Part shown: positions 52,715 to 64,000 of the stretch, one piece after another
How the letters are laid out: each line of letters begins with the position of its first letter
How positions within the stretch are numbered: position 1 is the stretch's first letter
NCBI GenBank assembly: GCA_963826525.1
Contig: CAWGXH010000004.1
Coordinates: 1,088,001 to 1,152,000 of the forward strand
DNA from: an uncultured Methanomicrobiaceae archaeon
Lineage (GTDB): Archaea; Halobacteriota; Methanomicrobia; Methanomicrobiales; Methanoculleaceae
Length of the DNA: 64,000 nt
Direction of reading: 5' to 3'
Position numbers and translations under genes: made by a program
Notes under the pieces: generated by a model
Told to the model about the DNA's origin: nothing
Database searches by the model: none
Seen by the model: the letters and a program-made list of their open reading frames with translations, nothing else

Positions 52715-53787
52715 TTCCAACTGGAGGACTCTTCCCGATAACCGGGATAATCGCCATCTTCCTGATTATCGTCATCGTCATCATCTTCGCGCAGGGTGTG
52801 GTGATCGTCCAGCCGTACCAGCAGGGTCTCGAGATCCGGCTCGGCCAGTACATCGGCAGAATGAACCCGGGTTTCCGGTGGGTTATCCCGCTCGTCACCG
52901 TGGTCGAGAAGCTCGACCTGCGAACCGAGGTGATGGACGTCCCGTCGCAGGAGGTGATCACCAAGGACAACTCGCCGACGAACGTCGACGCGATCGTCTA
53001 CGTGCGGGTGATTGACCCCGAGAAGGCGTTCTTCGAGGTGATGAACTACCGGTCGGCGACGGTGGCGCTCGCCCAGACGAGCCTGCGCGGTATCATCGGG
53101 GATATGGAGCTCGACGAGGTGCTCTATAACCGTGACGTCATCAACGCACGCCTGCGGGATATCCTCGATCGCGAGACGGATGCCTGGGGCGTGAAGGTCG
53201 AGCGGGTGGAGATAAAAGAGGTCGACCCCGTCGGTGCCGTCAAGCAGGCGATGACCGAGCAGACCGCTGCCGAGCGTGAGCGTCGTGCGGCGATCCTCCG
53301 TGCCGACGGCGAGAAGCGCTCCGCCATCCTGCGGGCTGAAGGAAACCGTCAGAGCATCATCCTCGAGGCTGAGGGTGAGCGGCAGAGCAAGATCCTGCGT
53401 GCCGAGGGCGATCGGTTGAGCACGATCCTCCGGGCGCAGGGAGAGGCGCAGGGGCTGCGTATCATCTCGGTCGGTGCGAAGCCGCTCGACCGGCGGGCGA
53501 TCACCGTCCTCTCGCTCGATGCACTCAAAATGATGGCCGACGGGCAGGCGACGAAGATCATCTTCCCGTTCGAGATCTCGAGCCTGGTGAAGCAGATCTC
53601 GTCGTATCTCGGTGCCACGGAAGAACTGCCCGGGGTGACGGAAGGGACGGCGGTACTCGACGAGAGCATTCTCGGCGAACTTCCGAAGGAAGAGGAGATC
53701 GAGGGTGTCAAGGAGGCGGCGAAGGAGATCGGGGCGGATCTCACCGCGGATATCACGGCGACGCCGGGTGTTGTACCCGAAAAATGA
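52711..53787 (+). CDS. SPFH/stomatin (band 7) protein
   Basis: QEVITKDN, QTSLRGIIG, WGVKVERVEIK, AERERRA. Confidence 0.95.
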   Translation: MIPTGGLFPITGIIAIFLIIVIVIIFAQGVVIVQPYQQGLEIRLGQYIGRMNPGFRWVIPLVTVVEKLDLRTEVMDVPSQEVITKDNSPTNVDAIVYVRVIDPEKAFFEVMNYRSATVALAQTSLRGIIGDMELDEVLYNRDVINARLRDILDRETDAWGVKVERVEIKEVDPVGAVKQAMTEQTAAERERRAAILRADGEKRSAILRAEGNRQSIILEAEGERQSKILRAEGDRLSTILRAQGEAQGLRIISVGAKPLDRRAITVLSLDALKMMADGQATKIIFPFEISSLVKQISSYLGATEELPGVTEGTAVLDESILGELPKEEEIEGVKEAAKEIGADLTADITATPGVVPEK

Positions 53788-53803
53788 AAGAAGGGGAGTA
53801 ACT

Positions 53804-55103
53804 CTAGAAGAGGTGCAGGAGGTAGGGGAGCGCGATCAGCGAGATGAGCATCAGGAACATCACCCAGGCTGACGCTGCTCACCACCGGGTTCGTGAACCG
53901 GGAGAGGCCGCGCCATGCAAGGACGCGCTCGACCCCTTCCCGCATGATATAGCCGCCGTCGAGCGGGACCATCGGGATGGCGTTGAAGATGCCGACGTTG
54001 ATGTTGATCCAGCCCACCCAGAAGAAGAGCTGAACGACCTCCCAGAACGCCGGGAACGGCGTCTGGTAGTACGCCTGGTCGGGCGTATCGAAGGCGAGGA
54101 TCCGGAGCATCTGGCCGCCGTAGCTCGTATCGAAGGGGATGGTAATGATCTGGAGGAAACCGATCGGACTCGCAAGTCCTTGAACCGTCTGGATCACGGC
54201 GGGGGCATCGTAGTAGTAGACCCCCATGAACCCTGAGGTATGGTCGCCGAGGTCATCCGGCCATGCCGAGAGGACGAGCGTATACTGCTGCTCGGTTCCG
54301 CCCTCTGTTGCGGTCAGCGTGACCTGGTCGCCGGGCTGTGTGCCGGCGAGAATACGGGAGATATCTTCGCGGCTCGAGACGTCGATCCCGTTGACTTCGG
54401 TGACGACCGACCCCGGCGGAACGCCGGCGATCGCAGCGGGATAGTCCTGGTAGACCCCCTGGATCACCGGCGTCTCCGCAGGCACGGCAAGCCCGGCGAC
54501 GGCGATCATCAGGAGCAGAGAGATGACCCCGATGACGATGTTGTTCGTAATCCCGGCACCGAACATGCGCGCTTTCGGGAGCCCCCGGGCCTTCTCGACA
54601 TCCTCCTCGTCGGGCTCGACGAAGAACCCGATCGGAATGACGGCGATGAGCGCTCCGACGCTTCTGACCCTGATATCCTCGACGCGGCAGAGGACTCCGT
54701 GACCGAACTCGTGGATAGCGATCGTGAGAATGAAGGCTATCCAGACGGCGAATGTCGAGGGGACGAACTCGTTGATCCCCGGCAGCAGCAGGATATTCTG
54801 CGGCTCGTAGATCCCGGTCGGTTCGGGCTGCAGGATGAGGGTGATCTGGAGCGAGAGGAAGAGCATGAGCGAGATGAAGATCGAGACCAGCACGACCATG
54901 CCGACGCCGAATGTCCCGTATATCCGGAGCAGCGGGGTCGCCCGCCTGAAGATGTCGAAGAACCCGACGTTCGAGCTCTTGACGGCCATGATGGGGCCGT
55001 AAAAGGAGATACGGTCCGCAAACAACCCTTTCCGGCGCACATATCCGGCTATCAGGAGGTAGGCGGCAAGGAGAAGAATGAGTATCTGCAACCAGCTCAT
55101 CAT
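53804..55103 (-). CDS. Site-2 protease (M50) with PDZ domain (frameshift near C-terminus)
   Basis: IHEFGHG, AGITNN, FNAIPMVPLDGG. Confidence 0.92.
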
Positions 55104-55167
55104 ATACTCTAGGCATGGGTGCGCCTTAAGCCTTGCCGGAGGTCTCGGCGCTGCATCGCCATACTCT

Positions 55168-55794
55168 TCAGAACTCGACGATACTTCGCTGATAGAGGTT
55201 CGTTACCGTTTTCCAGGTCTTTCGGGCACAGGCGGGAGGCAGACCGTGTTCCTTCATGTAACCCTTGAGAAACCCTATGGTCTTCTGATCCGACGGGTAG
55301 CCGCTCCCGATATCGCCGTACTCCGGTGTGAGATCGCGTATCGCCCGGTCACGGGTAACCTTGGCGACGATGCTCGCCGCTCCGACGATCTTGTGCACGC
55401 TATCGGCATGGTGCTCGGCGACGATGCGGCAGGGGAAATCGAGGTGAGCGCCGACCGTCCGGCCGAAACGCTCTGCGTTCACGTCGCAGGCGTCGAGGTA
55501 TGCGCATTCGGGGCGAAGGCCGGCGAGCGCCGCGGCGTGGAGTTCGGCGACGCAGGCGTTCATGCTCATCCTGCTTCTGGTCTCGTCGATCTCTGCGGCG
55601 TCGATGGTGATGACGGCGACGGCAAAGTCCCGGACGATCACCTCGTAGAGGCGCTCCCGCTGCTTTGCCGAGAGGTCTTTCGAGTCCCTGACGGGAAGCG
55701 CCTCGAGGTCGTCGAGCGATCCGCACCCGACCGCCGCGACGACCATGGGGCCGAGCACCGAGCCCTTTCCCGCTTCGTCCACCCCGCAGATCAC
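55168..55794 (-). CDS. rnhB: Ribonuclease HII
   Basis: GVDEAGKGSVLGP, RDSK, AASIVAKVTRD, GSGYPSD. Confidence 0.97.
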   Translation of the reverse strand: MICGVDEAGKGSVLGPMVVAAVGCGSLDDLEALPVRDSKDLSAKQRERLYEVIVRDFAVAVITIDAAEIDETRSRMSMNACVAELHAAALAGLRPECAYLDACDVNAERFGRTVGAHLDFPCRIVAEHHADSVHKIVGAASIVAKVTRDRAIRDLTPEYGDIGSGYPSDQKTIGFLKGYMKEHGLPPACARKTWKTVTNLYQRSIVEF

Positions 55795-55852
55795 AGTATA
55801 CAGACGTTTCTTTCGGAAGGTATTTTAATGCTCATGATGGAATCGAGATGGA

Positions 55853-56530
55853 ATGTACACTATTATCGTTGGCCTCGGCGGCATCGGGCGGAACCTCACT
55901 GCGATTGCGGTTGAAGCCGGTGACAGCGTGGTCGTCATCGACCAGGACGAAGCCCGTGCCAGCGACATTCTCGAACACTACGATGTTCTTGCCATCACCG
56001 GGAACGCCACCGACAAGTCGGTTCTCGAGGATGCGGGGATCGAGCGGGCGGATGCGCTCGTCGCCACGACGAGCGACGATGCGGTGAACCTGATGACCTG
56101 CTGGCTTGCGAAACGCTACAATGTCATGAACGTCGTCTCGATCGTCAACCAGAAGGCGCACTCCGAGCTCTTCAAAGAGGTCGGGGTGAAGATCAGCGAG
56201 AACCCCGACGAGCTCGTGGCCACCCGGATGTACTACTGGGCGAGGAATCCGAACATGCAGCAGCTGGCATCCATTCCCGGCGGTACGATCTTCGAGATCG
56301 TCGCGGAAGAGGGAGCCCCGATCGTCGATCACGAGATCCGCGAACTTGACGTCCGTGATTTCGTCTTCATCGCCATCCGGCGTGCCGGGGGCGACCTGAT
56401 CATCCCGAGCGGCACGGTCAGGATCCGGCCCGGGGACAACATTACGGTGTTTACGAAAAAAGATGCCGAGAATGAGACGCTGAAACTGCTGAACAAGCAG
56501 GCTCAAGCGCTCAGGCGATTGAATTTTTGA
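55853..56530 (+). CDS. trkA: TrkA family potassium-uptake regulatory subunit
   Basis: [20 protein letters not shown], TrkA-C domain. Confidence 0.88.
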   Translation: MYTIIVGLGGIGRNLTAIAVEAGDSVVVIDQDEARASDILEHYDVLAITGNATDKSVLEDAGIERADALVATTSDDAVNLMTCWLAKRYNVMNVVSIVNQKAHSELFKEVGVKISENPDELVATRMYYWARNPNMQQLASIPGGTIFEIVAEEGAPIVDHEIRELDVRDFVFIAIRRAGGDLIIPSGTVRIRPGDNITVFTKKDAENETLKLLNKQAQALRRLNF

Positions 56531-57707
56531 GTGCCCGGAGTTCGAGGAGCATCTTCGGGTTCCGCTTGATCAGTTCCATGATGATTGTCGAGACCTTGAA
56601 CTCCTCCATATTGATATTGGCAAGCGACCCGGCGAGGTCGTTGAGCTTCGCATCGTCGAGCGTGATGAAGTAGTCCTTGACCTTGTAGTTCCGCTCGAGC
56701 GTCTTGCCCATGTAGGATGCACGCCACGCCGTGTCGTACTTCATCAGGGCGTCCTTCGTGCAGGTATCCGCCGAAACGCACTCCGATCCGACCTGTCCTG
56801 CCATTCTGCCGGTGAACATCGCGTTGAAGATACCGCCGCCGGTGATCGGGTCGACGACCCGTGCCGCATCTCCGACAATCATGAGGCCGTCGGCCACCGT
56901 GCACGGGAGCGGTTTGCAGATCGAGACGCCGCCGACGATATGCTCGATGATCTTACCCCCGGGGAAACGCTCGGCGACGAACCGGTCGAGGTAGTCCCGT
57001 GCCCTCGTTCCGTCCCTGCTCTGCCGTCCCGAGATGCCGATACCGACGTTTGCCGTCCGGTCGCCCTTCGGGAAGACCCAGAGGTAGCCTTCGGGGGCGA
57101 TCTCCCTGCCGAGATAGAAGTCCGTGGATATGGGGTCGATCGGGATATCGGTCATGAGGTACTGGACGCAACTCATCATCTCAGCGAGCGGCACGGTGGT
57201 GTTCAGCCCCGCCCAGCGTGCGAACTTTGACTCCACGCCGTCGGCGGCGATGACGAGATCGGCCGAGACGTCCATGGCCCGACCGGCGGAGATGACCTTC
57301 GCACCCTTGACGGCCCCGTCTTTCATGATCGGAGCGACCGCCCGGGTCTTGACCTGCACGTCCGAGCCCGCTTCGGCGGCACGCCAGACGAGTTCGCGGT
57401 CGAAGACCTTCCGGTCGAGGATATACCCGACCTCGTTGCCGGCACGGCTCTGGTCGAGGCTGATGGTGGAACCGTTCGGCGCGATGATCCTGGCGCGCTG
57501 GAGATCCGCCGAGATCCAGCGTTCATCGGGCTCGATGAAGTCTTTGAGCAGTTCTTTGCCGATCCCCTCCGCACACCGGACGGGCGTGCCGATTGCCGGC
57601 CGCTTCTCGATGAGGCAGACCGAGTGCCCGGCCTCGGCGGCAGTCTTTGCCGCGAGTGCTCCGGCCGGCCCGCCGCCGACGACGAGGATATCGTAGTTAC
57701 TCTTCAT
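56511..57707 (-). CDS. Digeranylgeranylglycerophospholipid reductase
   Basis: [39 protein letters not shown]. Confidence 0.92.
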   Translation of the reverse strand: MKSNYDILVVGGGPAGALAAKTAAEAGHSVCLIEKRPAIGTPVRCAEGIGKELLKDFIEPDERWISADLQRARIIAPNGSTISLDQSRAGNEVGYILDRKVFDRELVWRAAEAGSDVQVKTRAVAPIMKDGAVKGAKVISAGRAMDVSADLVIAADGVESKFARWAGLNTTVPLAEMMSCVQYLMTDIPIDPISTDFYLGREIAPEGYLWVFPKGDRTANVGIGISGRQSRDGTRARDYLDRFVAERFPGGKIIEHIVGGVSICKPLPCTVADGLMIVGDAARVVDPITGGGIFNAMFTGRMAGQVGSECVSADTCTKDALMKYDTAWRASYMGKTLERNYKVKDYFITLDDAKLNDLAGSLANINMEEFKVSTIIMELIKRNPKMLLELRALKNSIA

Positions 57708-57873
57708 GGACAACCTCCAGAGCTCCGAGCGGGCATGCCCGTGCACAGATGCCGCAGGAGATACAGTCTCCTTCGAGGCTGAGGTAGGCGTCGATCAGCT
57801 CGAGCGCGCCCTCGGGGCAGACTGCAACGCAGCAACCGCAGTATCCACATATATCTCGGTTTATGGTGAGCAT
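57697..57873 (-). CDS. 2x[4Fe-4S] ferredoxin
   Basis: [12 protein letters not shown] and [12 protein letters not shown]. Confidence 0.92.
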   Translation of the reverse strand: MLTINRDICGYCGCCVAVCPEGALELIDAYLSLEGDCISCGICARACPLGALEVVHEE

Positions 57874-58105
57874 CGGTATCATGTTGTTGTTGCACTTCCA
57901 AAAACTTTTACTTTGATTATCGGATGGACGTGGTTTTTGTACCGTCTCCGGGCTCATGCGCCGCCCCCTTCATACGGGAAAACCGGTGTGAAACGGGGTG
58001 ATATCGGTATCTCCGGCATATCAGTAGACATATTAGCTTCCACGTTCCATAATTCAAAGAATTAATCGTTAACTCAAGTTATATTTATCTTACGCAAGGG
58101 ATTCT

Positions 58106-58639
58106 ATGGGATTGAAGGGTGGACCTACGCAGGATGAAGTTATGGCCGTTTCCCTCCGGAAACTCGGCATCCGGTCCGGAGATCTGATTGCCGATATCGG
58201 CTGCGGAACGGGTAAGGTCTCCGTTGCCGCGGCGGAGCTGGCGGAACGGGTCTACGCAGTCGACCGGAGAGCGGAGGCTATCGCCTATGCGAGGCAGACG
58301 GCAGCAGAGGCCGGTGCAGTGAATATCGATTTCTTTGAGGGCGATGCGGTGGATTTCCTGTCGGGGATAGACCGGATCGACTGCGCATTCGTCGGGGGCT
58401 CCGGGCGTCTTCCGGAGGTGCTCGACCTCCTCTCCGGGAAGGTGCGCCGGACGATCGTGGTGAACGCCGTCATGGTCGAGACGCTTGCAGAAGCGATCCG
58501 CAGCATGAAACGGCTCGGGATCTTCCGTGAAGCCGTCCACCTGCAGGTATCCCGGTCGGCGGAGATCGCCGGCGGCGTGATGTTCAAACCGCAGAATCCC
58601 GTCTATATCATCGTGGGAGGCGGGGCACCGTGCTCGTAG
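58106..58639 (+). CDS. cbiT: Cobalt-precorrin-6B C15-methyltransferase (decarboxylating)
   Basis: GPTQDEV, DIGCGTG, AFVGGSG, QNPVYI. Confidence 0.9.
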   Translation: MGLKGGPTQDEVMAVSLRKLGIRSGDLIADIGCGTGKVSVAAAELAERVYAVDRRAEAIAYARQTAAEAGAVNIDFFEGDAVDFLSGIDRIDCAFVGGSGRLPEVLDLLSGKVRRTIVVNAVMVETLAEAIRSMKRLGIFREAVHLQVSRSAEIAGGVMFKPQNPVYIIVGGGAPCS

Positions 58640-59248
58640 GCGTCGGGCTCGGGCCGGGAGATCCGGAACTCCTCACCCTGCGCGCGGTGCGCCGGCTCCG
58701 GGAGGCGGATGCGGTCTATGTCCCGGGAAAGCTCGCGTACCGAGCTCGTCCGGCCGTACCGCGACGACGCGGAGATCCTGGACTTTCCGATGACCAGCGA
58801 CGAAGTGTATATCCGGGAATGTATGGGTAGGAATGCCGAGAGGATTGCCCCTGCGGCGGAGGAGGGGCTTGCGGTCTTCGGGATCATCGGCGATCCGAAC
58901 TTCTACTCGACCTTCTCCCGTCTCTGCGAGATCATCGCAGAAAAGCACCCCGGGATCGAGTTCTCCACCGATCCCGGGATCAGCTCCATAACCGCCTTTG
59001 CATCGGTGGCGGGCGTCCCGGTGGCGGGCGGGTTTATCGTCTCCGACGGCCCGGAGCCCGGTTCCCGGATCTTCATGAAAGTCCGGCGGCCCGCAGAGAT
59101 GGCGAGGGAGCTCCGGCGGGACGGGTATACCGAGTTCGTCCTCGTCGAGCGGATGTTCATGGACGGGCAGCGGGTCTACCGCTCGAACGACCTTCCCGAG
59201 ACGAGCGACTACTTCAGTATCATGTTCGCGAGGCGATCGCATGAATAA
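58630..59248 (+). CDS. cbiL: Cobalt-factor II C20-methyltransferase (frameshift near 58740)
   Basis: [34 protein letters not shown]. Confidence 0.9.
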
Positions 59249-59958
59249 AATATACATCGTCGGTGCCGGCCCGGGAGCCCCCGACCTGATAACGGTGCGC
59301 GGGATGCGCCTCCTCGAGGAGGCGGACGTCCTCATCTACGCGGGCTCGCTCGTGAACCCGAAGACTCGTGGAGCGGTCGGGTGCACCCGTAAAACTCGAC
59401 AGCTGGGGCATGACCCTCGACGAGCTCGTCGACGCCATGGCGGAGCACGCGACCGCGGGAAAACGAGTCGTCCGGCTGCACTCGGGAGATCCGGCGCTCT
59501 ACGGGGCGATCGTCGAGCAGATGGCGAGGCTCGCCGCCCGGGGCGTCGAAGCCGAGATCGTCCCCGGCGTCTCCTCGCTCTTCGCCGCGGCCGCCGCACT
59601 CAAGACGCAGTTCACCCTCCGCGACGTCTCGGAGAACCTGATCGTCGCCCGGCCGGCGGGCGCCACCCTTGAAACGGACCAGATCCGGGAGCTCTCCCGG
59701 CACGGCTCGACGATGGTGGTCTTCCTCGGCACCGAGAAGATGGAGGAGGTGCTCGCGAAGGTGGAGTATCCTCCCGAGACGCCTGCGGCGGTCGTCTACC
59801 ACGCGTCCTGGCCCGACCAGAAGATCGTCCGCGGAACGGTTGCGGATATTGCGGAGAAAGCCCGCAGTGCGGGTATCGAGCGGACCGCCCTCATCATCAT
59901 CGGCAAAGTCGTCGACCCCGAAACCTCGGGATTCGGGAGGTCGGTCCTCTACTCATGA
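59241..59958 (+). CDS. cbiF: Cobalt-precorrin-4 C11-methyltransferase (frameshift near 59362)
   Basis: [42 protein letters not shown]. Confidence 0.92.
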
Positions 59959-60827
59959 CCGATACGGTCGTCATCGCGCTGGACCGTTTCGAAGATGCCG
60001 CCCGCCGGATTGCAGCAGATCTTCCGGCAGATCTCATGCTGTACAGCCCCGATGCGTTCGGGACGGCGTTCGGCCGCTATAAGCGGATAGTTGCCCTGAT
60101 GTCCGCGGGCATCGCGGTGCGGCAGATCGCGCCGCTCCTCGCCGACAAATGGCGTGACCCGGCGGTCGTGGTCGTCAGCCCGGATCTCCGCTACGCCGTC
60201 CCGGTCATCGGCGGCCACCACGGCGGCAACGACCTTGCCCGTGCCCTCGCGCGGCTCGGTATCGAACCCGTGATCACCACCGCGACCGAGGTCTTCGGGC
60301 GGGAGTCGGTGGAGGGCATCGCAGAGCGAGCCTCCTGCGACGTCGTGAACCGGAGCTCGACGCGCATGGTCAATGCAGCGCTGCTCGACGCCGATGTCCC
60401 GCTCTATGCCGTTACCGGACCCGGGATCGTGGTCGCCGGGCCCGGTGTCTCCCTCCTCGTTCGGAAGGGGGAGTACGTGGTCGGCGTCGGGTGCCGGAAG
60501 GGCGCGAGCGCCGACGCGGTCACTGCAGCGGTGCAGGAAGCGTTTCGAACAGTCGGGATCACCTCCGAAGACGTCTTCGTCTACGCGACGACGGTCAAGA
60601 AGAGGAACGAGGCAGGCCTTCTGAAGGCCGTCGAAGACCTCGGCGGGAACCTGGTATTCGTCGACGATACGACGATCAACGCCGAGCAGGATATCGCCCC
60701 CTCGCGAGCGTCGCTCATCGGGCTTGTCGGGGTTGCCGAGCCGTGCGCCCTCGTCGTCTCGAAGCGAAGAGAACTGATACTGGAAAAACAGATATATGGA
60801 AGTGTTACCGTTGCAGTCGCACGATAG
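59955..60827 (+). CDS. cbiG: Cobalt-precorrin-5A hydrolase
   Basis: DKWRDPAVVV, GGHHGGN, VITTATE, GVGCRKG, GVAEPCAL. Confidence 0.93.
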   Translation: MTDTVVIALDRFEDAARRIAADLPADLMLYSPDAFGTAFGRYKRIVALMSAGIAVRQIAPLLADKWRDPAVVVVSPDLRYAVPVIGGHHGGNDLARALARLGIEPVITTATEVFGRESVEGIAERASCDVVNRSSTRMVNAALLDADVPLYAVTGPGIVVAGPGVSLLVRKGEYVVGVGCRKGASADAVTAAVQEAFRTVGITSEDVFVYATTVKKRNEAGLLKAVEDLGGNLVFVDDTTINAEQDIAPSRASLIGLVGVAEPCALVVSKRRELILEKQIYGSVTVAVAR

Positions 60828-60828
60828 A

Positions 60829-61595
60829 ATGGGAGGCCGGCTCTCCATCGTCAGGTACGGGGCCGGGGAACCTGCAGCAGATGACGCCCCGCGCTCTTCG
60901 GGCGATAGCGGAGTCCGATTACGTCATCGGGAATTCCTTCTACCTCGATCTCGTCGAGCCGCTGCTCTCCGGGAAAGAGGTCATCGAGAAGCTCGATGGG
61001 CAGGGAGGTCGAGCGGGCGAAGAAGGCGCTCGAGCTGGCGCAAGACCACGTCGTTGCCATGGTGAGCGGCGGCGATGCCGGCGTCTACGGCATGGCGAGC
61101 ATCGTCCTCGAGGTCGTCGAGCGTTCGGGTACGAACGTCGCCGTCGAGGTGATCCCCGGCGTGACCGCGGCGCTCTCCGCAGCCTCACGGCTCGGATCCC
61201 CGATCTCCGGGGACTACGTCACCATCAGCCTCTCCGACCTGCTCACCCCCTGGGAGGTCATCGAGAAAAGGCTCGACCTTGCCTTCCGGATGGGCGTGCC
61301 GGTCGCCGTCTACAACCCCAGGAGCAACGGGCGGCCCGAAAACCTCGCGAAGGCCGTGGCGATAGCCGGGCGGCACCTTGCCCCGGCGACCCCGGTGGGT
61401 GTGGTGAAGGACGCCTTCCGGAAGAGTGAAGAGTCCTTGGTGACCACGCTGGAACAGTTCCCGGACAGGTTTGATTTTGTGGATATGCATTCGATCGTCA
61501 TCATCGGCGGCGAAGAGAGCAGATTGTGGAGAATGGATCAGGATGTCAGAGGAATTATCACCCCGCGGGGTTACCACCGGAAATACGTATACTGA
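60829..61595 (+). CDS. cbiH: Cobalt-precorrin-3B C17-methyltransferase (two frameshifts)
   Basis: GTGPG...MTPRA, VSGGDAGVYGMAS, ISLSDLLTPW, YNPRS, TPRGY. Confidence 0.92.
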
Positions 61596-62223
61596 TCTCG
61601 GTGCAACCACTCGTGAGGCATACGAGATATCGGTAAAGAGCCGTACGCTCGCCCGAAGCACGGTCGGGAACGAGACGCCTGAAGACCGTATCCGGCAGCG
61701 TGTCTCGGTCGCGGTCGGAGACTTCGCGATGGCGGCTCTCATGCGGTTCGCGGGCGACCCCATCGGAGCGGGCGTGGACGCACTTTCAAAGAATGCGATC
61801 ATCATCACGGATATCCGGATGGTGCAGGTCGGCATCCTGAAGAAAGGTCATACAAGCCCGGTCATCTGTGCGCTCGATTATGGGGAGGATATCGCACGCG
61901 ACCGCGGGATCACCCGGACGTCCGCCGGGTTCCTCGCCCTGCGGGATCGCCTGCCGGGCGCGGTCGTCGTCATCGGCAACGCCCCGTCGGCGCTCCTTGC
62001 GATCTGCGATATGATCCGTGAGGGTATCCGTCCGGCACTCATCGTCGGCACGCCGGTCGGGTTCGTCAATGCGGCAGAGTCGAAAGAAGAACTGCGACGG
62101 CTCGCTATCCCCTCGGTCTCCAACGAGGGTACCCGGGGCGGGACGCCGGTGGCGGTTGCCGCGATGAACGAGATTATTACTATCCACGCCGAGCGTGACC
62201 GTGATGAAAGATCCGGTGACTGA
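61543..62223 (+). CDS. cbiC: Cobalt-precorrin-8 methylmutase
   Basis: TDIRMV, TRTSAG, IGNAPSAL, GTPVGFVNAAESK, RGGTPVAVA. Confidence 0.93.
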   Translation: MSEELSPRGVTTGNTYTDLGATTREAYEISVKSRTLARSTVGNETPEDRIRQRVSVAVGDFAMAALMRFAGDPIGAGVDALSKNAIIITDIRMVQVGILKKGHTSPVICALDYGEDIARDRGITRTSAGFLALRDRLPGAVVVIGNAPSALLAICDMIREGIRPALIVGTPVGFVNAAESKEELRRLAIPSVSNEGTRGGTPVAVAAMNEIITIHAERDRDERSGD

Positions 62224-63213
62224 TTTTTCATACCCCGATACATGGGTCGCGGCCTGCACGGAGCCCGATAAACTGCCCCTCGTCGAGCAGGGGCTCTGTA
62301 TCCTCACCTCGTCGGGGGCGGTGCTCCGCCGGGGCTACACGACCGGTACGACCGCGGCGGCGGCGTGCAAGGCGGCAGTCCTCTCTCTTTCGAGGCAAGA
62401 GGTCGCAGAGGTCGGCGTCACTCTTCCCTGCGATCTAACGGTGACCGTCCCCGTCGACGCCTACCGGGGCACGGCATCCTGTTTCAAAGATGCCGGTGAC
62501 TATCCCGGGGACGTGACGTCCGGACTTGAGTTCTCCGCCTATGCGGTCCGGGCATCGTCGGGGATTCAGTTCGTTCCCGGCGAAGGGATCGGCAGTTTCT
62601 CCCGGGAGACGCCCCGGCATGCCGTGGGCGAGCCTGCGATCAGCGGGACGGCGATGGCGTGCATAGAGCGCTCGATTCGTGAGGCGCTGGACGAGACCGA
62701 GTTGCCCGGGACGACTATCATCTTGAGCATTCCACGCGGAGCGGAGACGGCGCAGCTGACGCTCAATCCCCGGATCGGTATCCTCGGCGGTATCTCCGTC
62801 CTCGGGTCGACCGGTCTTGTCGAACCCTGGGACGATCACCTCGAAGAAGCGGTGCTCGATCGGGTCGCCCGGTCGGAACGGGTCGTGCTGACGACCGGCA
62901 GGCTCGGTCTCCGGGTACTCGAGGCTCCTCTTTCCGGAGTATGAGGCGGTGCTTGTGGGAAACCGGATCGGCGAGGCGCTTGGATGTGCGCGGGGCGAGG
63001 TCATCCTCTGCGGCCTCCCCGGCCTGATCATGAAGTTCATAAACCCTGAGATCCTCTCGGGAACCGGATACGCGACGGTCGAGGAGCTCTCGCTCTCGGA
63101 GGGGTGGCAGAAGGTTATGCAGCGTGAACTCGCCGGCTTTTCCGGGCGGCAACCCCACTCTCCGGGTGGTCATCGTCGACCGTGACGGCGCAATCCTCGG
63201 GGAGACTCAATGA
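62204..63213 (+). CDS. cbiD: Cobalt-precorrin-5B C1-methyltransferase (two frameshifts)
   Basis: [41 protein letters not shown]. Confidence 0.93.
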
Positions 63214-63782
63214 AGATCGTCGGGACGGGCTGCGGACCGGGGATGCTCACCGAGGCGGCTATCGCCGCTATCAGGGAAGCACGGCTCATCTACGGCTCCG
63301 ACCGTGCGATCGCCCTTGCCCGCCCCCATATCCCGGAAGGCTGCGAGGTGCGGACGATCGCCGACTACAAAAGGCTCCGGGAGCTTCCTGCCCATGCCGT
63401 CGTCCTCTCGACGGGCGACCCCATGCTTGCGGGGCTCGGCTACCTCCCGGGCGAGGTGGTGCCAGGCATCTCCTCGCTTCAGGTGGCCTTCGCCCGTCTC
63501 CGTCTTCCCCTTACCCGTGCGGCGGCCGTCGCCGCCCACGGCCGCGATCACGCCCACGCCATCGAGGCGGCGGGACGCGAGGTGAACCGCGGGAAGATCG
63601 TCTTCCTCATCGCCGACCCGGCGTTCTCCCTTCCGGAACTGATGCGGGCTCTCCCGCCCGCGACGAAGATCGCCGTCTGCGAGAACCTTGGCTATCCCGA
63701 CGAACGGATCGCCCTCGGCACGGCGGCAGAGCCCCCGGCCTGTACGGCGGAGCTCTACGTCGTGGTTGCCGGAGACTTTTAA
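63210..63782 (+). CDS. cbiE: Cobalt-precorrin-7 C5-methyltransferase
   Basis: VGTGCGPG, STGDPM, PGISSLQ, ENLGYPDERI. Confidence 0.92.
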   Translation: MKIVGTGCGPGMLTEAAIAAIREARLIYGSDRAIALARPHIPEGCEVRTIADYKRLRELPAHAVVLSTGDPMLAGLGYLPGEVVPGISSLQVAFARLRLPLTRAAAVAAHGRDHAHAIEAAGREVNRGKIVFLIADPAFSLPELMRALPPATKIAVCENLGYPDERIALGTAAEPPACTAELYVVVAGDF

Positions 63783-64000
63783 CCGGATTTTTTCCGTCCC
63801 AGCTCCTCGTCTATCGCCCGGAGGGTGAGCCAGTGGTAGAACTGCTGCTGCCAGTAGTTCGTGTCGACACTCCTCTTCTCGGCCCGCTGTTTCGTAAACC
63901 CCGCGAGCCCCTCCGGCGGGAGCCAGGCTGTCGCGAGCGGCACCATATCGTCGGCAGGCTGGCCGACGGCGTGGAGGAGTTCGTGCCAGACCCGGAGAGC
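63779..64000 (-). CDS. 3' end of hypothetical protein with HExxH motif (runs off window end)
   Basis: Manual translation ALRVWHELLHAVGQPADDM...FYHWLTLRAIDEELGRKKSG*. Confidence 0.6.
   Translation of the reverse strand, partial: ALRVWHELLHAVGQPADDMVPLATAWLPPEGLAGFTKQRAEKRSVDTNYWQQQFYHWLTLRAIDEELGRKKSG

Noticed and set aside
57880-58105. Cobalamin riboswitch upstream of the cbi operon
   Set aside because: No convincing B12-box or conserved core was recognised; the region looks like an ordinary divergent promoter.
3149-63213. Frameshifts in thiL, K+ channel, ppaC, oxidoreductase, permease, cbiL/F/H/D and others as programmed frameshifting or pseudogenes
   Set aside because: They are scattered, mostly single-base insertions in conserved genes, with no shared slippery motif or other decay. 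Uncorrected long-read error is the simplest explanation.

Overview
GC-rich archaeal chromosome segment. Gene content (TFB, SRP19, Gar1, RIO2, NrpR-like regulator, geranylgeranyl reductase, COG1361 and DUF3821-type surface proteins, anaerobic cbi operon) points to a methanogen, most like Methanomicrobiales (Methanoculleus-like; inferred). Many conserved genes carry single-base frameshifts, probably long-read errors, so joined coordinates are given. The housekeeping backbone (1-19.9 kb and 37.8-64 kb) is interrupted by an accessory region (~20.1-37.8 kb) with three parts. (1) An AT-rich island encoding a MORC/MutL-type GHKL ATPase fused to a histidine kinase, a receiver protein, a DUF2290-like protein and an orphan BsuBI/PstI-type adenine methyltransferase. 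(2) A cassette bounded by ~150-bp direct repeats, carrying a DUF3307 membrane protein, six palindromes with an exact 29-bp period, and a SatD-HTH-TPR fusion. (3) A primase-ATPase replication module with an internal inverted iteron-like cluster, with no integrase seen in the window. A tRNA-Ala(CGC) is followed by two structured tandem repeats that each regenerate its 3' half. All family assignments come from motif recognition by eye, not from database searches.
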